The position numbers and the translations under genes were made by a program. From Nitrospirota bacterium (GTDB lineage: Bacteria > Nitrospirota > UBA9217), in assembly GCA_963751455.1 (NCBI GenBank), contig CAVVUN010000008.1, positions 32,001-96,000 of the forward strand: a stretch of 64,000 nt of DNA, read 5' to 3'. This document shows positions 27,343-37,153 of the stretch, piece after piece. The notes below the pieces were generated by a model. That model was not told where the DNA came from and did no database searches. It saw only the letters and a program-made list of their open reading frames with translations. The first letter of the stretch is position 1. Each line of letters starts with the position of its first letter.

Positions 27343-29835
27343 TTGCTCGAAGACTTTCTCCCACTGGTATCCAAGCCCGCTCGTTACATAAACACGGAGA
27401 TCAACAGTATTCACAAGGATCTCTCGAAGGTCAGGACCAGGATCTGCCTTTTTTTTCCGGACACCTACGAGATCGGCATGTCTCATCTCGGCCTCCGCAT
27501 CCTGTATGATATTCTGAACACCAGGCCGGACACTGCCTGCGAACGCGTTTTTTCTCCCTGGATAGATTACGAGAAGAGGCTGCGCGCAAGCGGCAGGCCG
27601 CTCAAAAGTCTTGAGTCCGGCATCCCGCTCATAGAATTCGACATCATCGGGATTACGCTTCAGTATGAGCTGTCGTATACGAACATCGTGATAGGGCTTG
27701 ATCTGGCCCACATCCCGCTCCACGCATGCGATCGGACGGACGATCATCCGCTTATAATTGCAGGCGGGCCGTGCGCGGTAAATCCCGAACCGCTTTCCGA
27801 TTTTATCGACGTTTTTTTCATCGGAGAGGCTGAAGAAGCAGTCCATGAGTTGATCGAGCTGAAACAAAAATATTCTGAGCGGCCGCGATTTCTGAGTGAA
27901 GCGGCGAAACTCGACGGGTTCTACGTTCCGGCCTTCGGAAAAACGATCGTCCGCCGGCGCTATATCAAAAGCATCGATTCCGCCCCATATCCCGAGCGGC
28001 CCATGCTCCCCCTTTTGAAACCAGTTCATGACCGGGTGACCGCCGAAGTGGCCCGCGGATGCATCCGCGGCTGCCGTTTTTGTCAGGCGGGTGTCATTTA
28101 CCGGCCGTATCGGGAGAGGAGCCCCGAGCGGGTCACAAGCATTCTGGAGAACTCGCTCGCATGTACCGGGTACGATGAACTCTCCCTTGCGTCGCTCAGC
28201 TCTGGCGACTATTCCGAAATTCAGCCGCTGATTACCGGTCTTATGAGCCGGTATCGGGACAGCCGTGTTTCGATATCGCTTCCATCACTCCGCGTCGGCA
28301 CTCTGTCACCCGAGATGGTCAAAGCGATAGCGGGAACACGCAAGACGGGATTTACGCTCGCACCCGAAGCAGGAACCGAACGGCTCCGCCGCGTCATCAA
28401 TAAGCCGGTCACCGATCAGGACCTTCTTGACGCCGCAGAAACCATCTTTAAGAACGGCTGGAATGTCCTGAAGCTTTACTTCATGATCGGTTTGCCAACC
28501 GAGACGGACGAGGACCTGGACGGCATAATCAGACTTGGAACGGAAATCCTGGCCCGGGCGCGCCGCAGTTCAAAGCGTCGCATTCAGATTAATATCAGCG
28601 TTTCTACCTTCGTGCCAAAGCCGCATACGCCGTTTCAATGGATAGGACAGGCGCCGCTCGGGGAGATCCGGAGAAAGCAGGCGCACCTCGAGAAAGGGCT
28701 CACGAAGCGCGGCATCGCTCTCAAGCCGCACCATGGCGAGACCAGTCTTCTGGAAGGGGCATTTGCGCGGGGCGACCGTTCCCTCGGCCGGGTAATCGAG
28801 GAAGCCGTACGGCTCGGATGTTGTTTCGACGGCTGGAGCGAATGTTTCGACTTCCGAAAATGGGCAGCCGCTTTTGAAAAATTCGGAATGAATGCGGCGG
28901 ACTGCGCCTCTCGCTCCTACGCCCTGGAGGAGGCCCTGCCGTGGGACCATGTGAAGAGCGGCGTAACGAAGGAATTTCTTCAGCGGGAATACCGTCGGGC
29001 GGCCGACGCTCAGATCACGGAGAACTGCAGGACAGAGTGCTCCCATTGCGGAATCGGCTGCCAAGACGGGGGGACGATGTCACTGGGCCTGCCCGGAACG
29101 CCGTCGGTGCGGAAAGCGTACGAAGCGCCGGCCGTCAGCAAACTCGAAGGCGTTGCGGAATTGACGAAGCACATCAGGATAAAATATACCAAGACAGGGA
29201 GACTCCGCTTCCTTTCGCACCTGGATTTCATGAGCCTTTTCCATAGGACCCTTATGCGGGCCACGGTAAAGATAGCTTTTTCACGAGGGTTTAATCCGCA
29301 TCCCAAGACTGCGTTCGGGCCGGCTCTGCCAGTGGGCATCGAGAGCGAGGCGGAGTACGTAGACCTCGAGTGCGATGCTTTTGTTGATGCAGCCGGTACT
29401 GCGATGGCCCTTAACAACATGCTTCCCGAAGGGGTGCGTATTCTTGAGTCTCGCGTTATCCCCGGTAAGGCCCCTTCTCTTTCGGGAAGCATCTGCAGGT
29501 ACGACTATCGCGTTCATATTCCCGAATCGAACGCCGCTTCGCTCAACGGGATCGCGGAGCGTTTTCTGTCTCGCAGCTCCGTTATCGTAACAAAGGAAGG
29601 CCGCTCGAACGATATAAGGACCGGTATCGAATCGGTTGCAGCAGCGGAGAATTGCGCTGCACTGCTGATAACGCTTCAGGACAAAGACGGTGTCCGGCCC
29701 CGTATCCAGGATGTGATCGCGCAAATCTTCGAAAGTAGCCCGGATGCAGCCATGCTGCTCAGGATCCGGCGGACGGAAATGTATTATCGCTCTCACGATG
29801 CATGGGCAACCCCGATGGACATTCAGAACGGATGA
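27343..29835 (+). CDS. TIGR03960-type radical SAM protein fused to TIGR03936/DUF2344 domain
   Basis: KPARY, FPDTYEIGMSHLG, CIRGCRFC; C-terminal RFLSHLD...FNPHPK; start set to TTG 27343 after AAGGAG; usual position between rodA and rng. Confidence 0.9.
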   Translation: MLEDFLPLVSKPARYINTEINSIHKDLSKVRTRICLFFPDTYEIGMSHLGLRILYDILNTRPDTACERVFSPWIDYEKRLRASGRPLKSLESGIPLIEFDIIGITLQYELSYTNIVIGLDLAHIPLHACDRTDDHPLIIAGGPCAVNPEPLSDFIDVFFIGEAEEAVHELIELKQKYSERPRFLSEAAKLDGFYVPAFGKTIVRRRYIKSIDSAPYPERPMLPLLKPVHDRVTAEVARGCIRGCRFCQAGVIYRPYRERSPERVTSILENSLACTGYDELSLASLSSGDYSEIQPLITGLMSRYRDSRVSISLPSLRVGTLSPEMVKAIAGTRKTGFTLAPEAGTERLRRVINKPVTDQDLLDAAETIFKNGWNVLKLYFMIGLPTETDEDLDGIIRLGTEILARARRSSKRRIQINISVSTFVPKPHTPFQWIGQAPLGEIRRKQAHLEKGLTKRGIALKPHHGETSLLEGAFARGDRSLGRVIEEAVRLGCCFDGWSECFDFRKWAAAFEKFGMNAADCASRSYALEEALPWDHVKSGVTKEFLQREYRRAADAQITENCRTECSHCGIGCQDGGTMSLGLPGTPSVRKAYEAPAVSKLEGVAELTKHIRIKYTKTGRLRFLSHLDFMSLFHRTLMRATVKIAFSRGFNPHPKTAFGPALPVGIESEAEYVDLECDAFVDAAGTAMALNNMLPEGVRILESRVIPGKAPSLSGSICRYDYRVHIPESNAASLNGIAERFLSRSSVIVTKEGRSNDIRTGIESVAAAENCAALLITLQDKDGVRPRIQDVIAQIFESSPDAAMLLRIRRTEMYYRSHDAWATPMDIQNG

Positions 29836-30007
29836 CATGCCCTTTTTCGTTTTCCTGTGCGCGCTATCCTGATACTTTGGCCCTCCCACCATGTACCCTA
29901 AAAACTGAAGTTCTTTTCCCGAACCTTCATAAATTTTTATTCTTGTATTAAATTTCGCCCTATTATATATTTAATTTATTGCATATAAACATTGTTAAGG
30001 AGAAATC

Positions 30008-31513
30008 ATGTCATCTGAGATCATCGTCAATGCCGGCCGGGAAGAAACGCGCGTTGCGCTTCTCGAAAACAGCCTCGTAACCGAAATATACATCGACCGG
30101 AAAAAAGACCGGGGCATAGCGGGCAATGTGTACAAAGGGCGAGTCATGAAGGTGCTGCCCGGCATGCAGGCCGCCTTCGTGGACATCGGGCTGGAAAAGT
30201 CGGCCTTTCTGTACGTCGGAGACGTCTTCGACAGCACCTCCGAATATACGCCCATGATGGAAGACGAAGGTTTGGAGCTCGAGGTGGAACCCAAGCGTAA
30301 ACGCTCCTATTCGAGCCAAATCGAGGACCTGCTGCAGGAAGGCCAGGAGATTCTGGTCCAGGTTTCCAAGGAGCCGATAAGCACAAAGGGCGCGAGGGTT
30401 ACGACGTATATCAGCATCCCCGGCCGTTATCTTGTCATGATGCCCGGCGTGAACCATATCGGGGTATCGCGCCGCATCGAGAACGGAGAAGAACGGAAGC
30501 GGCTTCGCGAAATCGTCAGCAGGCTGAGAAAGCCCAATACCGGCTATATCATAAGGACTGCGAGCCAGGAGAAGAGCGAAGATGAATTCACGGCTGACAT
30601 AGAATTTCTATCGCGGCTCTGGGAAAATATCCAGAAAAAACGGGAAAAGACTTCTGCGCCGGCCCTCATGCACAACGAGCTCGACCTGGTCTTCCGGGTA
30701 ATAAGGGATGTTTTTACCAGGGATGTGGACCGGATGGTAGTCGATTCGGATGACGAATACCAGCGGGTGAAGGACTTCATCGATTCCTCCATCCCGCAGC
30801 TCAGCCGGCGCGTCAAGCTCTATGACGGAGATGAGCCCATTTTCGACCATTACGGGGTCGAGATCGAGATATCCCGTGCACTCGGCAGAAAGGTATGGCT
30901 CAAGTCCGGCGGATACATCATCATCGACCAGACAGAGGCGCTTACAACGATCGACGTGAATACCGGCCGGTACGTAGGCAAACGGACGCTCGAGGACACG
31001 ATCCTGAAGACCAACCTGGAAGCATTGCGCGAGATAGCATACCAGCTTCGGCTCAGAAACATCGGAGGGATCATCATTCTCGACTTCATCGATATGGAGC
31101 GGGAGGACAACCGGCGGAAGGTGTATTCCGCGCTCCAGGAGGCGCTCGCGAGCGACAAGGCGAAGACCACGATATCGCACATCTCTCCCATCGGGCTTAT
31201 AGAAATGACCCGTAAGCGCATCCGCGAGAGTCTCGGCCGGACGCTCTGCGATCTCTGCCCGTACTGCGATGGCCGCGGCTACGTCAAGTCGGCCCGAACA
31301 ATCTGCTATGAGGTCTTTCGGGAGATCCGCCGGGCGTTTACCGGCGCAGATGAGAAAAAAGCGCTTGTTACGGTCAACTCGGTAGTTGCCGATATGATGT
31401 ACGAAGAAGAGCGCACCGGCGTGGAAGAGTTAGAGAGGGAATTTCAGAAGAAGATCGTCATCAAGGCCGACCCGAACCTGCACCAGGAGCAGTATGAGGT
31501 CGTAATGGTATAG
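30008..31513 (+). CDS. rng: Ribonuclease G (Rne/Rng family)
   Basis: GNVYKGRV, PGMQAAFVDIG, DVNTG, LRNIGGIIILDFIDM, CPYCDGRG. Confidence 0.95.
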   Translation: MSSEIIVNAGREETRVALLENSLVTEIYIDRKKDRGIAGNVYKGRVMKVLPGMQAAFVDIGLEKSAFLYVGDVFDSTSEYTPMMEDEGLELEVEPKRKRSYSSQIEDLLQEGQEILVQVSKEPISTKGARVTTYISIPGRYLVMMPGVNHIGVSRRIENGEERKRLREIVSRLRKPNTGYIIRTASQEKSEDEFTADIEFLSRLWENIQKKREKTSAPALMHNELDLVFRVIRDVFTRDVDRMVVDSDDEYQRVKDFIDSSIPQLSRRVKLYDGDEPIFDHYGVEIEISRALGRKVWLKSGGYIIIDQTEALTTIDVNTGRYVGKRTLEDTILKTNLEALREIAYQLRLRNIGGIIILDFIDMEREDNRRKVYSALQEALASDKAKTTISHISPIGLIEMTRKRIRESLGRTLCDLCPYCDGRGYVKSARTICYEVFREIRRAFTGADEKKALVTVNSVVADMMYEEERTGVEELEREFQKKIVIKADPNLHQEQYEVVMV

Positions 31514-32552
31514 AGAGAAGGGCGCCGGGAACCATGCGGGCACAGCCGATCCTGCGGCTGTGCTTTTCTTTTTTTGCTCCGAGCAGCGCACGGTCGGCTG
31601 ACAGAATGAGGTTCATTGCGTTTTCGCCGTCCTGAGGATACGATGCAATTCCTATAGTAACGGTCAGGGCATGTCTGCCCTTCGACAGCCTCGTAAAACC
31701 CTCCTCTATCTGACGCTTGATCCGGCCTGCGAAAAGAGTATACGCTTTGGAAAGCTTGGTTTCCGGCAGGATGATGGCTATCTCATCTCCTCCGTAGCGG
31801 GCCGCAACGTCAGTGCTTCTGACTGCGCCCCGGATGGCCTGGCCTAGCCGCGCAAGAGCTTCATCCCCCGCCTGGTGACCGAACGCATCGTTGAATTTTT
31901 TGAAATCGTCCACGTCTACAAGAGCCAGTGAAAACTCGCGGCGATGGCGCGCGGCTCGCTGGAACTCCCTGCCCAGGATATTCTCGAAGGACCTGCGGTT
32001 GAACAGGCCGGTCAGGCTGTCCGTCATGGCCTGGTGCTTTACGTGATGGTGAGTCCGCGCATGGTGGATTGCTATGGAAGCGAAGGAGGCAAGGATATCC
32101 AGGGCGTGCAGCGCCGACTTCGGAAATCTTCGTGCTGTGAAGTCATCGACGTAGAGGATCCCGACAACATCACCGGAATAGATGAGCGGCACACAGACCA
32201 GGGATTTTATACCTTCGTTCACGGCGGCGGAATTCGTGAAGAATGAGGTATTGGTCTTTTTGTTAAATACCGTAACTGTACGTGATTTTAAAATTTGTTC
32301 AGTAAGCCCGCCCTTCCTGGCCTTCCACTCCCGGTTCGATATGAACCCTTTGGAAAAGCCCTTATGAGCATACAGCCGCATGGTCCCGGTCCTTGCATTG
32401 TACAAGGCAATGCTTCCCGCCCGGGTTTTCGTTATCGCCATTGCTTTCCTCAAAACGACGGCAAGCGCCTTATCGAGGTCGAGCTCGGAAACAACTGTTC
32501 GCGCCGTAACCAGTATGTTGAGCGCATGATCGCTGAGCTTCAGCATCGGCAT
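31461..32552 (-). CDS. GAF-GGDEF diguanylate cyclase
   Basis: N-terminal GAF; DSLTGLFNRR, DVDDFKKFND, RSTD I-site, GGDEI active-site motif. Confidence 0.9.
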   Translation of the reverse strand: MPMLKLSDHALNILVTARTVVSELDLDKALAVVLRKAMAITKTRAGSIALYNARTGTMRLYAHKGFSKGFISNREWKARKGGLTEQILKSRTVTVFNKKTNTSFFTNSAAVNEGIKSLVCVPLIYSGDVVGILYVDDFTARRFPKSALHALDILASFASIAIHHARTHHHVKHQAMTDSLTGLFNRRSFENILGREFQRAARHRREFSLALVDVDDFKKFNDAFGHQAGDEALARLGQAIRGAVRSTDVAARYGGDEIAIILPETKLSKAYTLFAGRIKRQIEEGFTRLSKGRHALTVTIGIASYPQDGENAMNLILSADRALLGAKKEKHSRRIGCARMVPGALLSIPLRPHTAPGAGSGRP

Positions 32553-32603
32553 TTAATCTACGCCTTTCGTAATGGAAAAAACATAAGATTATGAATATAC
32601 ATA

Positions 32604-33446
32604 TCATACTAATACTATGTTGTCAATCAGGCGGGTCTTGCCGATTCGTGCGGCAATTAATAGTACTATTTTTTTAGCAGGTTGGGAAAGCGGCTCCAGG
32701 TTTTCAGGGTCGGCCGCTTCGACATAATCGATGCTGAACCCTGTCTCGCTCTCGAAGATTGTGCGAATTTTGTTTTTCAGTTTTTCAGGATCAGTTGCCC
32801 CTGCCAGAAACAGGTCACGAGCCGCGGACAGGGCCTTGAACAACACTGCTGAAGCCCGGCGCTCCTCGGTGCTTAAGTAGGTATTCCGCGAGCTCATTGC
32901 CAATCCGTCTGCCTCCCGAACTGTAGGAAGCACTTCGACGCGGACATCGAAGTCAAGTCCTTTTACCATCCGTTTGATCACGACGCACTGCTGAAAATCC
33001 TTCTGGCCAAAGTAAGCAATGTGCGGTTTTATGATGTTGAAAAGCTTCGCGACGACCGTGGCAACGCCCCTGAAATGTCCCGGCCGCACGGCTCCTTCGA
33101 GCAGATCTGCTATTCCCTCGACCGTAACGAAGACGGCCGGTGTTTCAGGATACATCTCTGAGGTGCCGGGCATGAAGAGAACGTCCACTCCGGCAGACAC
33201 GCATTTTTTCCGGTCTCCTTCCTCGTCGTGCGGATAGCGGTTAAGGTCCTCCCGGGGTCCGAACTGCGTAGGGTTCACAAAGATGCTTGCAACAACAACA
33301 TCGCATTCCTCCCGCGCCGCTCGCATGAGAGACAGATGCCCTTCGTGCAGGAAGCCCATGGTGGGAACGAATCCAATCGTCTTTCCCCCATGTCTGAATG
33401 ATTCTGAAACAGACTGCATTTCGGAAATAGTGGTTATGATTCTCAT
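32604..33446 (-). CDS. panC: Pantoate-beta-alanine ligase
   Basis: PTMGFLHEGH, FVNPTQF, RPGHFRGV, FGQKD, SSRN, RLIDN. Confidence 0.97.
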   Translation of the reverse strand: MRIITTISEMQSVSESFRHGGKTIGFVPTMGFLHEGHLSLMRAAREECDVVVASIFVNPTQFGPREDLNRYPHDEEGDRKKCVSAGVDVLFMPGTSEMYPETPAVFVTVEGIADLLEGAVRPGHFRGVATVVAKLFNIIKPHIAYFGQKDFQQCVVIKRMVKGLDFDVRVEVLPTVREADGLAMSSRNTYLSTEERRASAVLFKALSAARDLFLAGATDPEKLKNKIRTIFESETGFSIDYVEAADPENLEPLSQPAKKIVLLIAARIGKTRLIDNIVLV

Positions 33447-33591
33447 GGCATTATTCGCATGCGCTCGATATTTTCTGAAACACTTTCGCCTGATGATATA
33501 TCATGCACTACAGTGCATGGGTTGTCAAGGTACTGCCGTTAGTCCGGGATGTGACCTGTTCCTTTTGCGGAGCCTTTTTATAAAGAAAACA

Positions 33592-34782
33592 CTAGGCAAA
33601 CTGCCCGGCTGCGTGGCCGGATGCCCAGGCCCAGTGAAGGTTGTACCCGCCAAGCTGCCCGGTAACGTCCAGCACCTCGCCGATGAAGAACAGACCTGCC
33701 ACTTTTTTTGCCTGCATCGTCTTTGACGAAATTTCTTCCGTATCGATCCCGCCTGTGGTGACTTCCGCATTAGTGTATCCTTCGGTTGCCAGCGGCTTGA
33801 TTTCCCAGGCGTGCAGTTGTTCAGCAATGGCCCGCAGGTCTTTGTCGGAATACTGGACCATCGGCTTCGACAGCGCAAAAAGGTCGCACCAGGTTTCCGC
33901 GAAACGCTTTGAAAAAAAACGCCCGAGGAGTGTCTTCAATTCCATCTTACTGCTGCGCTCACCAATCAATAGGGCCTTGACGTCCCTGTCCGGGAAAAGA
34001 TCGATAATAATCGACGTCCCCTTTTTCCAGTACGATGAGGCCTGAAGCACTGCAGGGCCGCTCAGGCCGCGATGCGTGAAGAGAACATTGCCGCGAAATT
34101 GCCTGCCTTCAACTTTTACCGTTGTATCAAGAGATATGCCCGCCAAATCTCGAAAAGAGTTCCGATCATTCGGTGAAAAGGTGAACGGCACAAGTCCCGG
34201 CTTCAGCTCCCTCACCTTCAGGCCGAACTGCCGCGCTACGGCGTGCCCAAAGCCGGACGCGCCCAAGTTCTCGTATGAGAGGCCGCCTGTGGCAATAACG
34301 AGGCTGTCGGTCGAAACGTCGCCACGACCGGTCACGACCTTGAAAGTCTGCTCCTTGCTGATGCCTGTGATCGCGGTTTTGAGCAGGATTTGGACTCCCG
34401 CGCTGCTGCATTCATTCATGAGCATATTCACGATGTCACGTGAACTTTTTGCGCAGAAGAGCTGGCCGGCCTCTTTCTCATAATACGAAATCCGGTGTTT
34501 TTTAAGCAGGCCGACCATGTCATGCGGAGTGAACCGTGCCAGAGCCGAACGGCAGAAATGGGGGTTTGCAGAGAGATAATGATCCGCGGTCACATTCAGG
34601 TTCGTGAAGTTGCATCGCCCGCCTCCGGAGACCAGGACCTTCGAACAGACCCGGTCTGCATGGTCAAGAAGGAGGACCGAACGGCCCCTCTTCCCGCACT
34701 CGCTCGCGCAGAAAAGTCCTGAAGCGCCTGCGCCGACGATGATGACGTCGAATTTCTTAATAAGTTTATCATGTGCGGACAT
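33592..34782 (-). CDS. HI0933/YhiN (BaiN-like) flavoprotein
   Basis: GAGASG, SGGGRCNFTN, ATGG, FTHRGLSGP, GQLGGYN. Confidence 0.93.
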   Translation of the reverse strand: MSAHDKLIKKFDVIIVGAGASGLFCASECGKRGRSVLLLDHADRVCSKVLVSGGGRCNFTNLNVTADHYLSANPHFCRSALARFTPHDMVGLLKKHRISYYEKEAGQLFCAKSSRDIVNMLMNECSSAGVQILLKTAITGISKEQTFKVVTGRGDVSTDSLVIATGGLSYENLGASGFGHAVARQFGLKVRELKPGLVPFTFSPNDRNSFRDLAGISLDTTVKVEGRQFRGNVLFTHRGLSGPAVLQASSYWKKGTSIIIDLFPDRDVKALLIGERSSKMELKTLLGRFFSKRFAETWCDLFALSKPMVQYSDKDLRAIAEQLHAWEIKPLATEGYTNAEVTTGGIDTEEISSKTMQAKKVAGLFFIGEVLDVTGQLGGYNLHWAWASGHAAGQFA

Positions 34783-34997
34783 GGAAGCACTATACCGAAG
34801 GAGGGGAAAAAAACAAGCAGTTTGTCAGCGGGATTGCTGAGCAGCCAATATGACCAGTATTACGTTGTTAAGTTCGCCTTTTGTAAAAATAGTTTTCATT
34901 GAGAGGGGTAAATAAAGCTTGCTATTTAAGCTCTTTTTCCCTAAAGTCCCATTAAAACGTTGAGTTAGCGAGTGATAAACAAATATGTTATTTCGAC

Positions 34998-35026
34998 TTG
35001 ACAGTTAACCTAAAAGTTAATATTAT
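34998..35026 (+). promoter_or_regulatory. Sigma70 promoter of the TAC operon with a palindromic operator in the spacer
   Basis: TTGACA (34998-35003), 17 nt, TATTAT (35021-35026); spacer contains TTAAC-N6-GTTAA. Confidence 0.75.
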
Positions 35027-35438
35027 GTATATAAAGAAAATAAGAACGATAGATGGTTGCGCCTGGCGGGTATACGCGGCATGCTCGGACCGCGGAGATT
35101 GTCAAGTTTCGGAGTTCCTTTCAAATCAACCTTCAAATCTGGAAGCAAATAGAGATAGATTGATCGCCCTGCTGGATCATGTAGTAAAAAATGGTCCTCG
35201 CCGACTGCCGGCGGATATTTGTCACCAAATAGCGGAAGATATCTGGGAATTCATTGCCGGAAGACTTCGTGTCGCATGGTTCTATGATGAAGGGAAACTT
35301 ATCGTTTGTACTCATGGCTTCATGAAACAATCGCAAAAAACGAAAAAATCGGATATAGAACGAGCATTAAAGGCAAAAACATTTTACCTCAAAGAGAAAG
35401 CGAGCAACAATTTAATATTTTTAAATGATGAGGAGTAA
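35025..35438 (+). CDS. RelE/HigB-like (Gp49 family) toxin; exact start uncertain
   Basis: IWEFIAGRLRVAWFY...IVCTHGFMKQSQKT pattern; toxin-first arrangement. Confidence 0.85.
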   Translation: MYIKKIRTIDGCAWRVYAACSDRGDCQVSEFLSNQPSNLEANRDRLIALLDHVVKNGPRRLPADICHQIAEDIWEFIAGRLRVAWFYDEGKLIVCTHGFMKQSQKTKKSDIERALKAKTFYLKEKASNNLIFLNDEE

Positions 35439-35441
35439 GCG

Positions 35442-35840
35442 ATGAAGAAGCAATCTCTCGCGTCACTGTTTGAAAAAGTTAAAACTAAGGACACTTACTG
35501 GACAAGCAAAGCGATATTGGAGTTCACCTCAGACCTCTATCAGCTTATGAAGCAAAAAGGCTTGACCAAGGCGGATATGGCGCGTTCTCTCAAAACCAGT
35601 CAGGCCTATATGACCAAAGTCTTTAAAGGTGACGTAAATTTTACTATCGATTCAATGGTTCGACTCACCAGGACGCTCGGGGGAAAAGTTCATATACATG
35701 TGGTGGCCGATAATGTAGATGTTCGCTGGTTTGACGTAATCAAAGGGGAAAAGAAACCCGAGGTTTCATGGAAGTCACCTGAAATTGAAGAGATCGAGAG
35801 CGAGGTTTCGAAAGATGTCAAAGGCCCCATTGCGGCTTAA
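35442..35840 (+). CDS. HigA-like XRE-HTH antitoxin with C-terminal chaperone-addiction-like tail
   Basis: LTKADMARSLKTSQAYMTKVFKGDVNFTIDSM HTH; ~40 aa tail with VRWFDVI and VSWKS; GAGGAG RBS. Confidence 0.85.
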   Translation: MKKQSLASLFEKVKTKDTYWTSKAILEFTSDLYQLMKQKGLTKADMARSLKTSQAYMTKVFKGDVNFTIDSMVRLTRTLGGKVHIHVVADNVDVRWFDVIKGEKKPEVSWKSPEIEEIESEVSKDVKGPIAA

Positions 35841-36264
35841 AAATTATTTCTGTACCGAAGTCTCTTTAAAGGCGAACCCGAATTTTAAATATGAGGACTT
35901 TAAAGAGGAAAATATAGACTTTTCTGTTAAATCAAACGTGCGCGTTGGCACACTTAAACAGAACCCGCTTGATTTTCAGGTCATGCTCGATGTTAAAATT
36001 GAACCTATTGATGAGCGGCCCTTGCCTTATGATGTATCGCTTGCCCTAGTGGGGTTCTTTGAGGTCGATCCCGATTACTCTGCAACTCCCCCTGCCGACC
36101 TCGTCAGAGTGACAGGGTCATCGATCCTGTACAGTGCGGCACGAGAGTTCCTGTTGTCACTCATGGGACGTGGCCCTTGGGAGCCGCTCATGCTGCCCGC
36201 AACATCATTTCTTCACTTCGCCGACAAGAAAAAAGATAAACAGGACGCAGTTGGAAAACCATAA
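35815..36264 (+). CDS. SecB-like chaperone
   Basis: PLRLKNYF...YDVSLALVGFFEV...GSSILYSAAREFLLSLMGRGPW..LMLP, typical of SecB-fold TAC chaperones. Confidence 0.85.
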   Translation: MSKAPLRLKNYFCTEVSLKANPNFKYEDFKEENIDFSVKSNVRVGTLKQNPLDFQVMLDVKIEPIDERPLPYDVSLALVGFFEVDPDYSATPPADLVRVTGSSILYSAAREFLLSLMGRGPWEPLMLPATSFLHFADKKKDKQDAVGKP

Positions 36265-36341
36265 AGAGCGCCTAGTGCTGATAAGTTCTGTTATTGAATG
36301 ATCTATGGATTAACGTTCAAAGGAAGCAGCAAATATCTTTC

Positions 36342-36746
36342 TTATTTGAAATAACCAACGTCTCTCAGTTTTTGTTCTGCCCTGTCAAGAACTTCTGGCG
36401 CAAAGAGAGTACGGTACGGCTCTCGACGAATGATCGCTTCAACAGACAAATCTAACCGTCCTAATCGCCACAACCTTTCAAAGCCCTCGTAACTCCCCAT
36501 GTATAACCGTTCAATCGTACCGCGGTCACTAAGGAGTCGCATAAATCCAGTGGGGTTATAGCCAAGCGTTTGACATTCACGAGTAGCGCGCAAAAATTCA
36601 TCTCGCAACAGTATTTCCAGATCACGCTTTGACAAAAGGATTTCTCCGCTGCGGTACCTGAACGGCCTTATACATTTGAATTTGCTGGGAGTCATGAGGT
36701 CAAACAGCTCGGAAGCGCCCCCTGCCATCCGATCCCGACGGATCAT
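36342..36746 (-). CDS. Small conserved hypothetical protein at the end of the Druantia-like operon
   Basis: GYNPTGF...GFERLW..GRLDLSVEA...LF...A..KL..GY pattern; ATGA overlap with vsr; start uncertain. Confidence 0.65.
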   Translation of the reverse strand: MIRRDRMAGGASELFDLMTPSKFKCIRPFRYRSGEILLSKRDLEILLRDEFLRATRECQTLGYNPTGFMRLLSDRGTIERLYMGSYEGFERLWRLGRLDLSVEAIIRREPYRTLFAPEVLDRAEQKLRDVGYFK

Positions 36747-37153
36747 TTGGAGATCACGCTCCCAAGTCTATTCTTTACCGCGCCCGGCTTCTTTTCTGCC
36801 TCGCATTCCCATACCACAACGACGCGCCATCCCATTTTGCGTAGTGCAAGAACATGTTCTTTATCACGGAGCACATTACGCCTCAGTTTCGATCCCCAGT
36901 ATCGCCGTTTTGTCTTGGGTATTATTCCTTCGCGACATCCCTTGTGTTGATGCCAAAAGCAACCATGAACAAATATCACGGTTTTATACTTAGGCATCAC
37001 AATATCGGGCCGACCGGGCAGATCAGCCCTGTGGAGCCTGAAGCGGTATCCCATACGATGCAGCAAAGACCGCACTATGTGCTCCGGCTTCGTATTTTCT
37101 GAGCGAATGCGAGACATTACATCGCTCCGCTTTTTGGGAGACCAGATATCTAT
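36743..37153 (-). CDS. vsr: Very short patch repair endonuclease
   Basis: MSRIRSENTKPE, LPGRPD, FVHGCFWH, VWEC; conserved N-terminus DIWSPKKRSDV extends to an ATA at 37153 (alternative ATG 37117). Confidence 0.93.
   Translation of the reverse strand: MDIWSPKKRSDVMSRIRSENTKPEHIVRSLLHRMGYRFRLHRADLPGRPDIVMPKYKTVIFVHGCFWHQHKGCREGIIPKTKRRYWGSKLRRNVLRDKEHVLALRKMGWRVVVVWECEAEKKPGAVKNRLGSVISK

Noticed and set aside
31461-31513. 53-nt convergent overlap of rng and the GGDEF gene
   Set aside because: Tail past the GGDEF domain looks like simple stop-codon drift; common and uninformative
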